Assembly (NCBI GenBank): GCA_041390245.1
Contig: JAWKQI010000006.1
Location: 19,968-83,967, forward strand
Length of the DNA stretch: 64,000 bases
From: Eubacteriales bacterium
GTDB lineage: Bacteria; Bacillota; Clostridia; Christensenellales; JAWKQI01
Reading direction: 5' to 3'
Of this stretch, positions 25,824-36,604 are shown piece by piece (positions within the stretch are counted from its first letter, which is position 1; every line of letters begins with the position of its first letter). The translations under genes and the position numbers were made by a program. The notes below the pieces were generated by a model. That model saw nothing but the letters and a program-made list of their open reading frames with translations, did no database searches and was not told the origin of the DNA.

Positions 25824-26602
25824 GTATTTAATCCTCCGATCTTTCTAAATCTTTCGTATCTATGTTCCAGCAGTTTAGAAATTTTAAATTTCTTATACTT
25901 TTTAAGAGTTCTTACCAAGGCTTCTTTTAAAGATGCATATACAGGTTCAAAGTCTCCACCGTTTTCTTGAAAAATACGTTCAATGACCTTAAACCCAAGC
26001 AAGTCCTCCGCCGTCATCTTAAGTGCGTTGCTTGCTTCCTCTGCTTTTGAAGCATCTTTCCAGATTATACTTGCGGCGCCTTCAGGTGAAATTACCGAAT
26101 AAACGGAGTTTTCAAGCATCCAAACTTCATCTGAAACAGCCAGAGCAAGGGCTCCGCCGCTGCCGCCTTCTCCTATGACTATAGATACGACCGGCGTTTT
26201 TAATCCCATCATACCTAAAAGATTTTTAGCTATGGCACTTCCCTGCCCTCGCTCCTCTGCATCAATTCCGCAGTAAGCGCCGGAAGTATCCACTATGCAC
26301 ACTACCGGGCGGTTAAACTTCTCCGCCTGGTGCATAAGCCGCAGAGCTTTTCTATAACCTTCCGGATGTGCACAACCGAAATTTCTTAGCACCTTATCCT
26401 TTGTGTCCTTGCCTTTTTCAATACCAATTACCGTTACCGGCATCTTTTTTATAGTTGCTATACCGGCCACTATCGCCTTATCGTCTCCATAGAGCTGGTC
26501 TCCATGAAGCTCGTAAAAATTTTCAAAAATATTGTCGATAAAATCAACCGCAGTCGGGCGTTCCTTTGACCTCGCTATACATAACTTTTCATATGCGTTC
26601 AT
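25820..26602 (-). CDS. accA: Acetyl-CoA carboxylase carboxyltransferase subunit alpha
   Basis: 260 aa. Contains DTSGAYCG and GEGGSGGALA. Adjacent to accD. Confidence 0.9.
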   Translation of the reverse strand: MNAYEKLCIARSKERPTAVDFIDNIFENFYELHGDQLYGDDKAIVAGIATIKKMPVTVIGIEKGKDTKDKVLRNFGCAHPEGYRKALRLMHQAEKFNRPVVCIVDTSGAYCGIDAEERGQGSAIAKNLLGMMGLKTPVVSIVIGEGGSGGALALAVSDEVWMLENSVYSVISPEGAASIIWKDASKAEEASNALKMTAEDLLGFKVIERIFQENGGDFEPVYASLKEALVRTLKKYKKFKISKLLEHRYERFRKIGGLNT

Positions 26603-27467
26603 TGTGCGGACCCCCTTTATGCAGTTTTAAAAGCATAGATATGATTTCACGTTGCTGCCGCCTGTCAACTATATTGTCTACAAAACCCTTTTCAAGCAAG
26701 AATTCTGCACGTTGGAATCCTTCCGGCAGTGTCTTTCTTATGGTCTGTTCAATTACACGCTGCCCGGCAAATCCTACGAGTGCACCCGGCTCAGCCAATA
26801 TTATGTCGCCTTCCATGGCAAAACTGGCTGTAACGCCGCCTGTCGTCGGGTCTGTTAACATTGTCAGATAAAAAAACCCTGCTTCACCGTGTCTCATTAT
26901 AGCTCCGCTCGTTTTTGCCATCTGCATTAAAGATAAAATGCCTTCTTGCATACGGGCTCCGCCTGAGGCCGTAAAACCTATAACACTTAGCCTTTTTGAT
27001 GTAGAATATTCAAACAGCCTGGAAATTTTTTCTCCGGCAACAGTACCCATGCTGCCCATCATGAACCATGAGTCCATAACAAATATCGCACATTCAATAC
27101 CGTTTATTTTGCAATGCCCTGTAACTACAGATTCGCTCTCATTGCTATTTAACTTTGCCTTTTTAAGCTTTTCATCGTAATCTAAAAAACCAAGTAAATT
27201 TTTAGATTCTGCATTAGCGTCGTGCTCGACAAAAGACCCTTCATCGGTAATTAAGTTAATACGGTCGCGTGCATTTATACGAAAGTGATACGCACAATGA
27301 GGACATACATATAAACTTTGTTCAAGCTCTCTTTTAGTAATTTTTTTCTTGCAGCCAGAACATGTAACGCTTAGCTCCTCTTCTATAGGAGTTGCTAAAT
27401 CATCTTCTATCTCCGGATGCCCCTCAAGTGCGATGTTGGGTTTTATAAATTGATTTTTTTTAAACAT
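26589..27467 (-). CDS. accD: Acetyl-CoA carboxylase carboxyltransferase subunit beta
   Basis: 292 aa. N-terminal Zn ribbon CSGC...CPHC. Also GGSMG-type and GGARMQEG motifs. Confidence 0.9.
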   Translation of the reverse strand: MFKKNQFIKPNIALEGHPEIEDDLATPIEEELSVTCSGCKKKITKRELEQSLYVCPHCAYHFRINARDRINLITDEGSFVEHDANAESKNLLGFLDYDEKLKKAKLNSNESESVVTGHCKINGIECAIFVMDSWFMMGSMGTVAGEKISRLFEYSTSKRLSVIGFTASGGARMQEGILSLMQMAKTSGAIMRHGEAGFFYLTMLTDPTTGGVTASFAMEGDIILAEPGALVGFAGQRVIEQTIRKTLPEGFQRAEFLLEKGFVDNIVDRRQQREIISMLLKLHKGGPHNERI

Positions 27468-27507
27468 AATTAATTATAATGCCGTTTTTGTAACACCGCT
27501 TAAAGCA

Positions 27508-28842
27508 CTACTCCCTTCTTTCCAAAAAATCTGTGGTATAAGTTCCTGTACGGAATTCCTTATCCGAAATCAAATCTATCTGCAGTTCTCTGTTTTGTTC
27601 AATACCTTCTATAACAAGTTCACACAAAGCCGCAAGCATCTTTCTTATTGCTTCATCCCTTGTCTGTGCCTGAACTATTAGTTTACCTACCATAGAATCA
27701 TAAAACGGCGGTATCTTATAGCCCTGATACAGTGCAGAATCGAAGCGTACCTGAGGGCCTCCCGGTATATGAAGCAATTCGATTTTCCCGCAGCTAGGCC
27801 GAAAGCCATTTCTAGGGTCCTCCGCATTTATTCGGCATTCGATAGCATGGCCGTTCATCTTCACGTTTTTTTGCTTCATGTCAAGGGGTAGATCAGCGGC
27901 TACACGGATCTGCCACTTAACTAAATCTATTCCCGTGATCATCTCTGTTACCGGATGTTCGACCTGTAGCCTCGTGTTCATCTCCATAAAATAAAAACTG
28001 CCGTCTTTAGACATCAAAAACTCTATGGTGCCAAGCCCGGTATACTTAACTGCTTCTGCCGCCTTAATTGCAACTTCTATCATATTCTTTCTTGTCTTTT
28101 TACTGACAGCAGGAGAAGGGCTTTCTTCGATAAGCTTCTGATGTTTTCTCTGCATCGAACATTCACGTTCGCCAAGACATACCGCATTGCCGTGATTGTC
28201 GCATAATAGCTGCATTTCTATATGTTTTACCGGAGACAGGTACTTTTCTAAATACACACCGCCATCGCCAAAAGCGCTTTTTGCTTCAGCTATTGCAGCT
28301 AAAAATGCCTTCTCCATTTCATCTTTGTCGTTGACTTTTCTCATCCCGCGTCCGCCGCCGCCGGAACGGGCTTTTACTAGAAGCGGATATCCTATTTTTT
28401 CGCCCCAGTTAACAGCCTCCTCAAGGCTATTAACAAGGTCGCTTCCTGGAACTACCGGCACGCCTGATTGCTGCATGGTAGAACGCGCCTTTTCTTTATC
28501 CCCCATAAGCGAAATAACTTCCGGAGTAGGCCCTATAAATGCAATATCGCTTTTTTTACAGAGTTTCGCAAACTTTGCATTTTCCGATAAAAGCCCGTAT
28601 CCCGGATGTATTGCCTGTGCACCGCTCAAAACAGCGGTAGATATTATTGAACTCATATTTAAATAACTGTCTTTTACCGGAGCTGGACCTATACAGTAAC
28701 TTTCGTCTGCTAAACTTACGTGAAGTGCATCCCTGTCTGCTTCTGAAAAAACTGCAACTGTTAAAATCCCCATTTCCTTACATGCACGGATAATACGAAC
28801 TGCAATTTCTCCTCTGTTAGCTATTAATATCTTCGAAAACAC
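27508..28842 (-). CDS. accC: Acetyl-CoA carboxylase biotin carboxylase subunit
   Basis: 444 aa. ATP-grasp motifs (GGGGRGMR, EMNTRLQVEHPVTE). Confidence 0.93.
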   Translation of the reverse strand: MFSKILIANRGEIAVRIIRACKEMGILTVAVFSEADRDALHVSLADESYCIGPAPVKDSYLNMSSIISTAVLSGAQAIHPGYGLLSENAKFAKLCKKSDIAFIGPTPEVISLMGDKEKARSTMQQSGVPVVPGSDLVNSLEEAVNWGEKIGYPLLVKARSGGGGRGMRKVNDKDEMEKAFLAAIAEAKSAFGDGGVYLEKYLSPVKHIEMQLLCDNHGNAVCLGERECSMQRKHQKLIEESPSPAVSKKTRKNMIEVAIKAAEAVKYTGLGTIEFLMSKDGSFYFMEMNTRLQVEHPVTEMITGIDLVKWQIRVAADLPLDMKQKNVKMNGHAIECRINAEDPRNGFRPSCGKIELLHIPGGPQVRFDSALYQGYKIPPFYDSMVGKLIVQAQTRDEAIRKMLAALCELVIEGIEQNRELQIDLISDKEFRTGTYTTDFLERRE

Positions 28843-28846
28843 TCTA

Positions 28847-29266
28847 TCAACGCCCTTCTATAACTGCAAAAGACAGTTCACCTGTAGCGCAGCATTTATC
28901 ATTTACTCTGGCTTCACACGTTGTAAAATAAAATGGGTCTTTGTGCTTTACTAAGCTTGCTGATATATTTACGACATCTCCAGGCCGTACTTTATCTTTA
29001 AAACGCGCCTTACTTATGCTGGTATAGTAAGGCGTCTTGCCAAGTATTAAATCACCTAACAAAATTGCACAGGTCTGAGCCATTATCTCGCATAATATTA
29101 CACCCGGTACCACAGGGTTGCCAGGAAAATGGCCGTTTAAGAACCATTCGTCACCCCTTACTTTATAGACACCATGAGCTATTCCGTTTTCATCTAATTC
29201 CACTTCATCCACTAGCAGCATTGGTTCGCGGTGAGGGAGCATTTTTTTTATCTCTTCTCTCTTCAA
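28847..29266 (-). CDS. fabZ: 3-hydroxyacyl-ACP dehydratase FabZ
   Basis: 139 aa. LPHREPMLLVD and HFPGNPVVPGV. Confidence 0.92.
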   Translation of the reverse strand: MKREEIKKMLPHREPMLLVDEVELDENGIAHGVYKVRGDEWFLNGHFPGNPVVPGVILCEIMAQTCAILLGDLILGKTPYYTSISKARFKDKVRPGDVVNISASLVKHKDPFYFTTCEARVNDKCCATGELSFAVIEGR

Positions 29267-29281
29267 AGTAATTTACCCCCG

Positions 29282-29731
29282 TTAAAATATCTTAAATAAC
29301 GTCTGGCCAAACTCCACCATATCTCCATCAGATACACAGATGTCAACTATTTCTCCGTCGCATTCCGAAACGACTTCGTTCATAAGTTTCATCGCCTCGA
29401 CAATACAAAGTACATCGCCTTTTTTTATCTTGCTACCGACCTTTACATAAGGTTCCTTATCCGGTGCCGGAGCAGCATAGAAAACCCCTACCATTGGAGC
29501 TTTTACGGTATTTATATCGTTAAAATCCAGTTCCGTATCAGGTGCCTTAAACATTTCTTTTGGCGTATTACTTATAGTGACGGTATCTGTCGATAGATAA
29601 TTAGGCTGCCTTTTATCTGTTGGCGGAGCTTTTTCTATCCTAATACGCTGCTCATCGTCTTCTACCTCTAAAACTGTCAGCTGTTCGTCCTTTAATAATT
29701 TTGCAAGTTCTTTAATAATTTCGATATTCAT
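29282..29731 (-). CDS. accB: Acetyl-CoA carboxylase biotin carboxyl carrier protein
   Basis: 149 aa with biotinylation motif EAMKLMNE. Confidence 0.92.
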   Translation of the reverse strand: MNIEIIKELAKLLKDEQLTVLEVEDDEQRIRIEKAPPTDKRQPNYLSTDTVTISNTPKEMFKAPDTELDFNDINTVKAPMVGVFYAAPAPDKEPYVKVGSKIKKGDVLCIVEAMKLMNEVVSECDGEIVDICVSDGDMVEFGQTLFKIF

Positions 29732-29736
29732 TATAC

Positions 29737-30981
29737 TTACCTCGTTAAAGAAACTGGCCTAAATGCTAAACATGCATTATGGCCTCCAAATCCTAGTGAA
29801 GTTGAAAGCCCAAGTGTAATCTTTGCTTCAACAGACTTATTTGGCACATAGTTTAAATCACATTCTTCGTCTGGCTCATTTAACCCTATCGTAGGAGGTA
29901 TATGCCCCGATAAGATTGCAAGAGAAGTAGCAATAGCTTCTGCTGCACCGGCAGCGCCAAGCATATGCCCCGTCATGGATTTCGTAGAGCTAATCAATGA
30001 TTTTTGGGCTAACTCTTCGCCAAGAGCTAATTTTATAGCTTTAGTCTCTACTATATCATTCATAACTGTTCCCGTTCCATGAGCATTTATGTAAATACTA
30101 TCATCTGATTCAAATCCCGCTTCTTTCACGGCTATTTCAATAGCGCGTGCTGCACAGCTTGCATCCGGCCTCGGCGCCGTTATATGATATGCATCGCATG
30201 TGTTGCCATATCCGCAAATTTCAGCATATATCTTTGCACCGCGGCTTTTAGCATGCCCATACTCTTCTAATACCAAAACTGCTGCACCTTCCCCCATTAC
30301 AAAGCCTTTACGGCGCTTGTCAAATGGAATAGAAGCTGTAAGCGGGTCGCTGCTTAGTGAAAGAGCCTGGCAGCTTGTAAAACCGGCAACTGCAATAGGT
30401 ATTATCGCTGCCTCGGAGCCCCCTGCTATGATGGCATCCGCATATCCGTGTTTTATAGCCTTAAAAGCTTCGCCAAGAGCATTGCTCGACGTAGCGCATG
30501 CAGTTACAGTGGGCAGACACACCCCTTGTGCATCGTACTTCATCGCAATGTTTCCGGCGGCTATATTCGATATCATCATTGGAATGAAAAAAGGTGATAT
30601 CCTGTCTGGTCCTCTTTCTTCCAATTTTTTTGTTTCTGTTACAAGTGTCTGTATACCGCCGATACCTGAACTTACATACACACCAAAACGGTCCGGCCCA
30701 ACCGTACCTTTAATTTCGCTGTCGTCCATAGCCTGCTTTGCGGCTGCCATAGCATACTGTGTGTATAAATCCATTCGCCTTATTGAATGTGCGTCCATAT
30801 CGAACTGCTTCGGATCAAAATCTTTGACTTCCGCCGCTACCTTGGCTTTAAACTTTTCTGTATCAAAGCGTGTAATGGGAGCAATGCCGCACGTACCGTT
30901 AAGCAAATTTTCCCAATAAGATGTAATATCGTTGCCAATTGGAGAAATTATCCCCAGGCCGGTTATTACAACGCGTTCCAT
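29737..30981 (-). CDS. fabF: Beta-ketoacyl-ACP synthase II
   Basis: 414 aa. Active-site context TACATS, plus HGTGT and GHMLGAAG. Confidence 0.92.
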   Translation of the reverse strand: MERVVITGLGIISPIGNDITSYWENLLNGTCGIAPITRFDTEKFKAKVAAEVKDFDPKQFDMDAHSIRRMDLYTQYAMAAAKQAMDDSEIKGTVGPDRFGVYVSSGIGGIQTLVTETKKLEERGPDRISPFFIPMMISNIAAGNIAMKYDAQGVCLPTVTACATSSNALGEAFKAIKHGYADAIIAGGSEAAIIPIAVAGFTSCQALSLSSDPLTASIPFDKRRKGFVMGEGAAVLVLEEYGHAKSRGAKIYAEICGYGNTCDAYHITAPRPDASCAARAIEIAVKEAGFESDDSIYINAHGTGTVMNDIVETKAIKLALGEELAQKSLISSTKSMTGHMLGAAGAAEAIATSLAILSGHIPPTIGLNEPDEECDLNYVPNKSVEAKITLGLSTSLGFGGHNACLAFRPVSLTR

Positions 30982-31027
30982 ATGTTTCTCCCCTCCATGT
31001 TTGTAAAATATTAAATAATATAAATCC

Positions 31028-31768
31028 CTACATACTTAATCCGCCGTCTACTGGAATTACTGTTCCCGTAATGTACGACGCTTTTTCAGAACATAAAAAC
31101 GCAACCAAATCTGCCACTTCTTCAGGCAGCCCAGCGCGTTTCATCGGTATTGCCTGCATTAAAGCTTCCCTTCCGGCTTCAGGCATTGAGTCTGTCATGT
31201 CTGTTTTTATTAATCCAGGCGCAACCGCATTGCATGTGATTCCGCGGCCTGCCAATTCCTTTGCAACACTTTTAGTTATGCCTATAAGTCCTGCTTTTGA
31301 TGCCGAATAATTGGCCTGGCCGACATTTCCCATTATTCCGGCCACTGAAGAAATGTTTACTATCCTTCCTTCCCTTGCACGGATAAATCCACCATAAGTA
31401 TGCCTTATAAGATTAAAAGCGCCCTTTAAATTTACGCTTATCACACGGTCAAAATCATCTTCACCCATTCGGGCAGTAAGTTTGTCGCGCGTTATTCCGG
31501 CGTTGTTTATAAGTGCAAAAATTAGGCCTAAATCGCTTTCTACTTGCTTAACCAACTCAGCAGCTTTATTGAAATCAGATACGTCACAAAGATAACATTT
31601 AGCTTTAACACCTAATTTTTCGGCCATCTGCCTCGTCTCTTCCGCCGCAGAAGCATTGCCGCCGTATATAATGGCTATGTCCGCCCCGTTTTCTGCGAGC
31701 TTTAATGCAATTGCTCTTCCGATACCGCGCGAAGCTCCACTTACTAAAGCAACTTTACCTTTAAGCAT
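31028..31768 (-). CDS. fabG: 3-oxoacyl-ACP reductase
   Basis: 246 aa SDR. GASRGIG, NAG and YSASK motifs. Confidence 0.9.
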   Translation of the reverse strand: MLKGKVALVSGASRGIGRAIALKLAENGADIAIIYGGNASAAEETRQMAEKLGVKAKCYLCDVSDFNKAAELVKQVESDLGLIFALINNAGITRDKLTARMGEDDFDRVISVNLKGAFNLIRHTYGGFIRAREGRIVNISSVAGIMGNVGQANYSASKAGLIGITKSVAKELAGRGITCNAVAPGLIKTDMTDSMPEAGREALMQAIPMKRAGLPEEVADLVAFLCSEKASYITGTVIPVDGGLSM

Positions 31769-32693
31769 GGCTCTCTCCTTTCAAAATTTCAACCGTATTT
31801 GCAAGGCTTTTTTTATCTTCAACGTTTAATATGGCTTCAGCCCCGCCTATCTTTTTAACAAGCCCGGACAAAGTCTTCCCTGCGCCGACCTCAACAAACC
31901 GGTCGTACCCGTCTTGAATCATGCGTTCTATACTTGCCTGCCATAATACTGGGCTCTTAACCTGGTCTGCCATAAGCTTAACCAAATCCCCTTCATATGG
32001 AGCTGCAGTAGCATTTGCGTATAAAGGAATATTCGCCTGTTTAAACTCAAAAGATTTAGCGTAATCAAATAGTGCCACGCTAGCTTCTTCCATAAACGGC
32101 GAGTGAAACGCTCCGCTGACTTTAAGGCGTACATATCTTCCGCCTGCTTCAAGCACTTTTTTTTCAAATTCGTCTAACTGTTCGGTTGAACCAGATACTA
32201 CATTTTGAAATGGACAATTTAAATTAACTAAAAATAATGAATTATACCGGTTTAATAATTTTCTAACGTCCTCAGTATCCAGTTTTAAAACAGCTGTCAT
32301 TGCCCCTGGATGCCTTTTCGCAGCGCTCTGCATCAGCTCCGCCCTTTTCAAGACCAATAAAAATGCCTCTTTAAATGAAAGTATACCACAAAAACCGAGT
32401 GCTGCAAGTTCTCCAAGCGAAAATCCTGCTGAAGCCTCAGCATTGATACCCGCTTCTGTCAGTGCGGCAGCGCTTGCATAATCTACGGTAAAAAGACACG
32501 GCTGAGTGTTTTTTGTGATTGACAGTTCATTCATATCTCCGTTGAAGCATTGTTCAATAGTTCCTGGCCTAATGGTCTCAGCACTGTCAAAGACCTTCTT
32601 TGCTGCTGGAGATATTTCATAGAGTTCTTTTCCCATGCCCGGATACTGTGCGCCCTGCCCTGCAAACAAAAACGCTACTTTACCCATTGGCAT
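31761..32693 (-). CDS. fabD: ACP S-malonyltransferase
   Basis: 310 aa. FAGQGAQ and GFSLGE motifs. Confidence 0.9.
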   Translation of the reverse strand: MPMGKVAFLFAGQGAQYPGMGKELYEISPAAKKVFDSAETIRPGTIEQCFNGDMNELSITKNTQPCLFTVDYASAAALTEAGINAEASAGFSLGELAALGFCGILSFKEAFLLVLKRAELMQSAAKRHPGAMTAVLKLDTEDVRKLLNRYNSLFLVNLNCPFQNVVSGSTEQLDEFEKKVLEAGGRYVRLKVSGAFHSPFMEEASVALFDYAKSFEFKQANIPLYANATAAPYEGDLVKLMADQVKSPVLWQASIERMIQDGYDRFVEVGAGKTLSGLVKKIGGAEAILNVEDKKSLANTVEILKGESHA

Positions 32694-33622
32694 GCATCCT
32701 TTAAGACTTCTTCAGCCTGATTAAACATATTAGATATAATGTCGGCAGCGGGCAATTCATCCTTTATCATAGCGGCTACCTGCCCTGCCATGAAACATCC
32801 TTCTTTATCATCGCCTTCACGCGCAGCCTTTCTAAGTGCTCCGGCACCAAATCGTTCTATTTCCTCATTTGAAATGCTGCTGTCATATTCCATATCGAAA
32901 AACTTACGTGTAAAGGGTGTTTTAAGTGCACGTACCGGATGCCCCAAGCGTTTTCCAGTAGTTATTGTATCGATATCACGTGCCTTTATAATACGCGCTT
33001 TATAATTAGAATGAATAGTACACTCTTTTGCCGTCAAAAAACGCGTTCCGCACTGGACTCCCTTTGCCCCAAGCATCATTACGGCAGCTATCCCGCGACC
33101 GTCTGCAATTCCTCCAGCTGCTATAACCGGAATAGATACGGCGTCACATATCTGCGGCACTAACGCCATAGTATTAATTTCTCCTATATGCCCGCCAGAC
33201 TCTCCGCCTTCTGCTATTACGGCGCGTGCTCCCATCTTCTCAACCATTCTTGCAACTGCAATAGATGGTACTACAGGAGCTGCTTTTATTCCAGCTTCTA
33301 CCCATTTCTTCATATATTTAGATGGCAGCCCTGCACCAGTAGTGACAACTGGGACTTTTTCATCTATCACCACTTGTGCAACATCATCCGCATATGGGCT
33401 CATAAGCATTATATTTACCCCGAACGTTTTATCTGTCATAGTCCTGCATTTGCGGATTTCTTCACGCAGATAGTCTGCATCGGCATTCATAGCGGAAATA
33501 ATCCCAAGCCCTCCTGCGTTTGATACCGCACTTGCTAAAGAGGCATCGGATACCCATGCCATTCCACCTTGAAATATTGGATATTTTATCCCGAATATAT
33601 CGCATATTTGAGTATGCAGCAT
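32675..33622 (-). CDS. fabK: Enoyl-ACP reductase FabK (FMN-dependent, nitronate-monooxygenase fold)
   Basis: 315 aa. Contains IFQGGMAWVS. Sits between acpP and fabD. Confidence 0.85.
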   Translation of the reverse strand: MLHTQICDIFGIKYPIFQGGMAWVSDASLASAVSNAGGLGIISAMNADADYLREEIRKCRTMTDKTFGVNIMLMSPYADDVAQVVIDEKVPVVTTGAGLPSKYMKKWVEAGIKAAPVVPSIAVARMVEKMGARAVIAEGGESGGHIGEINTMALVPQICDAVSIPVIAAGGIADGRGIAAVMMLGAKGVQCGTRFLTAKECTIHSNYKARIIKARDIDTITTGKRLGHPVRALKTPFTRKFFDMEYDSSISNEEIERFGAGALRKAAREGDDKEGCFMAGQVAAMIKDELPAADIISNMFNQAEEVLKDACQWVK

Positions 33623-33623
33623 A

Positions 33624-33842
33624 TTATTTACCCCCGTCTATTAAATTAACTAAGTCCCCTACTGTTTTTAAATTTTCGTTCATCTCAATTGTAACTCCAA
33701 GCTCATCTTCAATATTCATGACCAATTCAACTGTATCAAGAGAGTCAAGTTCCAAATCCTGAAATGTACTTTCCATCTTAATTTCACTTGCGTCCATATC
33801 CTTGTGATCTGCAAGGATCTTTGCTACCTTTTCAAACGTCAT
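33624..33842 (-). CDS. acpP: Acyl carrier protein
   Basis: 72 aa with phosphopantetheine site LELDSLDTVEL. Confidence 0.93.
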   Translation of the reverse strand: MTFEKVAKILADHKDMDASEIKMESTFQDLELDSLDTVELVMNIEDELGVTIEMNENLKTVGDLVNLIDGGK

Positions 33843-33921
33843 CTTTTATTCCTCCATTTACAATTATAATATATAATGTTTATTATTGCATCGGCTAATT
33901 AAGCCGGTGAAAACGGTATTA

Positions 33922-34884
33922 TTAGCTACCCCATGTAATTAAACATGCTCCCGCCGTTAGTCCCGCGCCAAATGCGCTCATAGCCAGGTAATCTCCACTC
34001 GATAGCTTCCCGCTCCTGTTAAGTTCATCCAGTAAAAGCGGTATACTTGCAGAAGAGGTGTTTCCGTATTTATCAATATTTGTAGGGAATTTTTCTTCTG
34101 GCTGTTTAAGCCTTGAGCGTACTGCTTCTAAAATACGTTTATTAGCTTGATGCAGTAAAAAGAATTTTATTTTACTCAAATCAGTTCCTTGCGATTTAAT
34201 CAGGCGCTTTAACCCAACTGTTGATATTGAAACGGCAAACTTATAAACGTCCTGTCCTTGCATATGCATCAAAGATCCTTCGGGATAAGATTTAGTATAC
34301 GGGCAGTTCCCCGGGGGATTATACGAATATATAACTTCTGAATCTGGTAAGCTTTCTATCTGAAACGCAGCTTTCCTGCACCCACCGTGTGTTACTATAG
34401 TGGCAGCTGCTGCATCTCCAAATAATACGCATGTAGACCGATCTTTCCAATCTGCTAAGCGCGATGCGTTTTCTGCACAAAGTATTAAAATATTCTTATA
34501 TTTTCCGGATTCAATAAAAGCATTTGCCATCTCAAGTGCATATATAAATCCTACACATGCACCGTTTATATCTATACACGGGCAAAAAACCTTTAATTTC
34601 TCCGCCACCACACAACTAAGGGCTGGAGTAACATACGAACTATATACATTAGAACATATTATATAATCGATATCTTTGGGCTTTAATCCTGCCATTTTAA
34701 GTGCATTTAAACATGCCCTAGCCCCTAGTTCTTCAATAGTTTCGTCTGATAAAATATGTCTGCTGTTAATACCCGTCCTAGTATTAATCCATTCGTCGCT
34801 GGTGTCTAAAAAAGTGGCTAAATCACCATTTGAAACCGACAGTTTGGGTACAGCGCTTCCCGTTCCTATTATTTTCATATTCAA
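33922..34884 (-). CDS. fabH: Beta-ketoacyl-ACP synthase III
   Basis: 320 aa. Active-site context NGACVGF, plus HQAN and SAFGAGL. Confidence 0.9.
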   Translation of the reverse strand: MNMKIIGTGSAVPKLSVSNGDLATFLDTSDEWINTRTGINSRHILSDETIEELGARACLNALKMAGLKPKDIDYIICSNVYSSYVTPALSCVVAEKLKVFCPCIDINGACVGFIYALEMANAFIESGKYKNILILCAENASRLADWKDRSTCVLFGDAAAATIVTHGGCRKAAFQIESLPDSEVIYSYNPPGNCPYTKSYPEGSLMHMQGQDVYKFAVSISTVGLKRLIKSQGTDLSKIKFFLLHQANKRILEAVRSRLKQPEEKFPTNIDKYGNTSSASIPLLLDELNRSGKLSSGDYLAMSAFGAGLTAGACLITWGS

Positions 34885-34933
34885 GTCCTCTCTATAAAAA
34901 CATTTTAATTATTGTTTAATTTTGTTTAATTTT

Positions 34934-35398
34934 TTATTTTGCCATTACATCTTGTGCCGTTCTTCTTAAAAATGTATCTAAATTTTTAAGCGCATTGAAA
35001 ATCATAGGGCGATCTTCTTCTTTTATATCATGCAGGAGCGACCTCACCATCTGTTCATGAAAATGCCTGTGTGCTGCATCTGCTCTACGGCCCTCACGTG
35101 TAAGAGCTACATTTACTACCCTTGCATCTTCGGCAGAACGTATTTTTTTTACATACTGCTTTTTCTCAAGTTTTTTAATAGCAACAGTAACCGTAGGAAG
35201 AGTTACCTTTTGGCTTTGTGCTATTTCGCTTATTGAACATCCTTTATTGCCTTTTCTACCAACCGTCTCAAGTATATGAAGTTCACTTATACCAAGATCT
35301 CGGTTCACGCTCTTTAGCATTTCCTCTTCAACTCTTATTATTGTGCTATAAATATCTACTAATATATCATTTACTTGGTTATTAAACAAATTCGGCAT
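34934..35398 (-). CDS. MarR-family transcriptional regulator, FabT-like (first gene of the FAS II cluster)
   Basis: Winged-HTH region ISEIAQSQKVTLPTVTVAIKKLEKKQYV. Start set at MPNLFNN (GGGAGG upstream). The position is analogous to FabT. Confidence 0.75.
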   Translation of the reverse strand: MPNLFNNQVNDILVDIYSTIIRVEEEMLKSVNRDLGISELHILETVGRKGNKGCSISEIAQSQKVTLPTVTVAIKKLEKKQYVKKIRSAEDARVVNVALTREGRRADAAHRHFHEQMVRSLLHDIKEEDRPMIFNALKNLDTFLRRTAQDVMAK

Positions 35399-35504
35399 AA
35401 GGCCTCCCAAATTAAAAAATGTAGTTCATTTGCTTTTTAATATATAAACCTCTTATATACCTTATTGCAAATATCCCTATATTAAAATCCATCCTTAAAA
35501 CACC

Positions 35505-35527
35505 TAATTAGTTAGTTTAACTAATTA
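35505..35527. promoter_or_regulatory. Perfect 10-bp inverted repeat (TAATTAGTTA-N3-TAACTAATTA), candidate FabT-like operator
   Basis: The palindrome overlaps the -10 hexamer of the promoter at 35524-35552. Confidence 0.5.
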
Positions 35528-35552
35528 TAAAGACGATGATTATTTTTGTCAA
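35524..35552 (-). promoter_or_regulatory. Promoter of the FAS II operon
   Basis: - strand TTGACA, 17 nt, TATAAT. Confidence 0.6.
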
Positions 35553-35623
35553 GAAATCTTAAGCTCTTTATACTACCTAATAAATATGTGCTTTAAATAG
35601 AGTAAATAATAAAAATCTGGTTA

Positions 35624-35663
35624 AATAAAAAAGCCTTCGTTTTGTTAACGAAGGCTTTTTTAT
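35624..35663. terminator. Bidirectional intrinsic terminator
   Basis: Stem AAGCCTTCGT/ACGAAGGCTT flanked by A-run and T-run. Confidence 0.7.
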
Positions 35664-35675
35664 TTAAGAGACAAA

Positions 35676-36188
35676 TCATATATCTAGAATTTCTTTATTT
35701 AGTTCAATAAGTTTCTGAATGCGCTCTATTCTTTGTTCCTGAATACTTATGATGTTTTTGTATGCTGTCTTTATTGCTTCATAATTTTTGTTCTGTTTCA
35801 TAGTTCTTAAATTTTGTCTATTTTTTTCCATCGATGCATTTGAATTTTTAAGTGTAGTATTGCACTCTTTGATCTGCGACATAATTCTTTGCATTTCCTG
35901 AATCTGCTCCTCTGTAACAGAGTCAATATCTTCCTTATAATTCTCAATGCATACCTGTGCCTGTTGGCGTACTGTGTTCAATTCACGGGTTAATGATTTA
36001 ATCTGTTCCTTATTAGCAACTATTTCATTTACAAGAGGCTTTATCTCCTCTATATATTGGCTTCTTGTTTTCATGCCATTAGATGTGGTGCTCGAACTAT
36101 TATTCCCGTTAGCAGCATATGCAACTGATCCTGTAAATACTGTAAAGATAAAAACTACTGAAAGTATTATAGCTATTCTTTTTTTCAT
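35676..36188 (-). CDS. Secreted coiled-coil protein, function unknown
   Basis: 170 aa. Signal peptide ending VAYA. Heptad-rich, Gln/Glu/Lys-rich remainder. Confidence 0.6.
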   Translation of the reverse strand: MKKRIAIILSVVFIFTVFTGSVAYAANGNNSSSTTSNGMKTRSQYIEEIKPLVNEIVANKEQIKSLTRELNTVRQQAQVCIENYKEDIDSVTEEQIQEMQRIMSQIKECNTTLKNSNASMEKNRQNLRTMKQNKNYEAIKTAYKNIISIQEQRIERIQKLIELNKEILDI

Positions 36189-36202
36189 TTTAATTCTCCT
36201 CT

Positions 36203-36520
36203 CTAATCGATATCGTCAACGTCTAAATCTGAATCGTTGAGATCCTGAAGGTCATTGACATTATCTAGGGCACTGTCCAATTCGCTTGATAAATCATTTA
36301 ATATTTCTTCTTTTTCTTTATCAGAAACGGTATTAGATGATTTTGCAATAATTGAAGAATCTGTCTGCCCTTCACCTTCGTTAAGCGATGCACTAGGCGA
36401 TGTGGTACTTACATTATCGGTCTGTGTTTGACTTGCGCTTTCGTTGTTTTCGCCTGCGCAGGCACTAAAAAGCATGACACAAAATACAATTGTCAAACAT
36501 ACGTATAAGATCTTTTTCAT
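36203..36520 (-). CDS. Small acidic lipoprotein, function unknown
   Basis: 105 aa. Signal peptide with lipobox-like LFSAC. Asp/Ser-rich mature part. Confidence 0.55.
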   Translation of the reverse strand: MKKILYVCLTIVFCVMLFSACAGENNESASQTQTDNVSTTSPSASLNEGEGQTDSSIIAKSSNTVSDKEKEEILNDLSSELDSALDNVNDLQDLNDSDLDVDDID

Positions 36521-36604
36521 AACACCCTCCTTGCTTTAGCTTAAATGTATTATATTTTTAAGGTGTAAAACTCAATCAGATTAAATGTAAACAGTTTGTA
36601 AACG

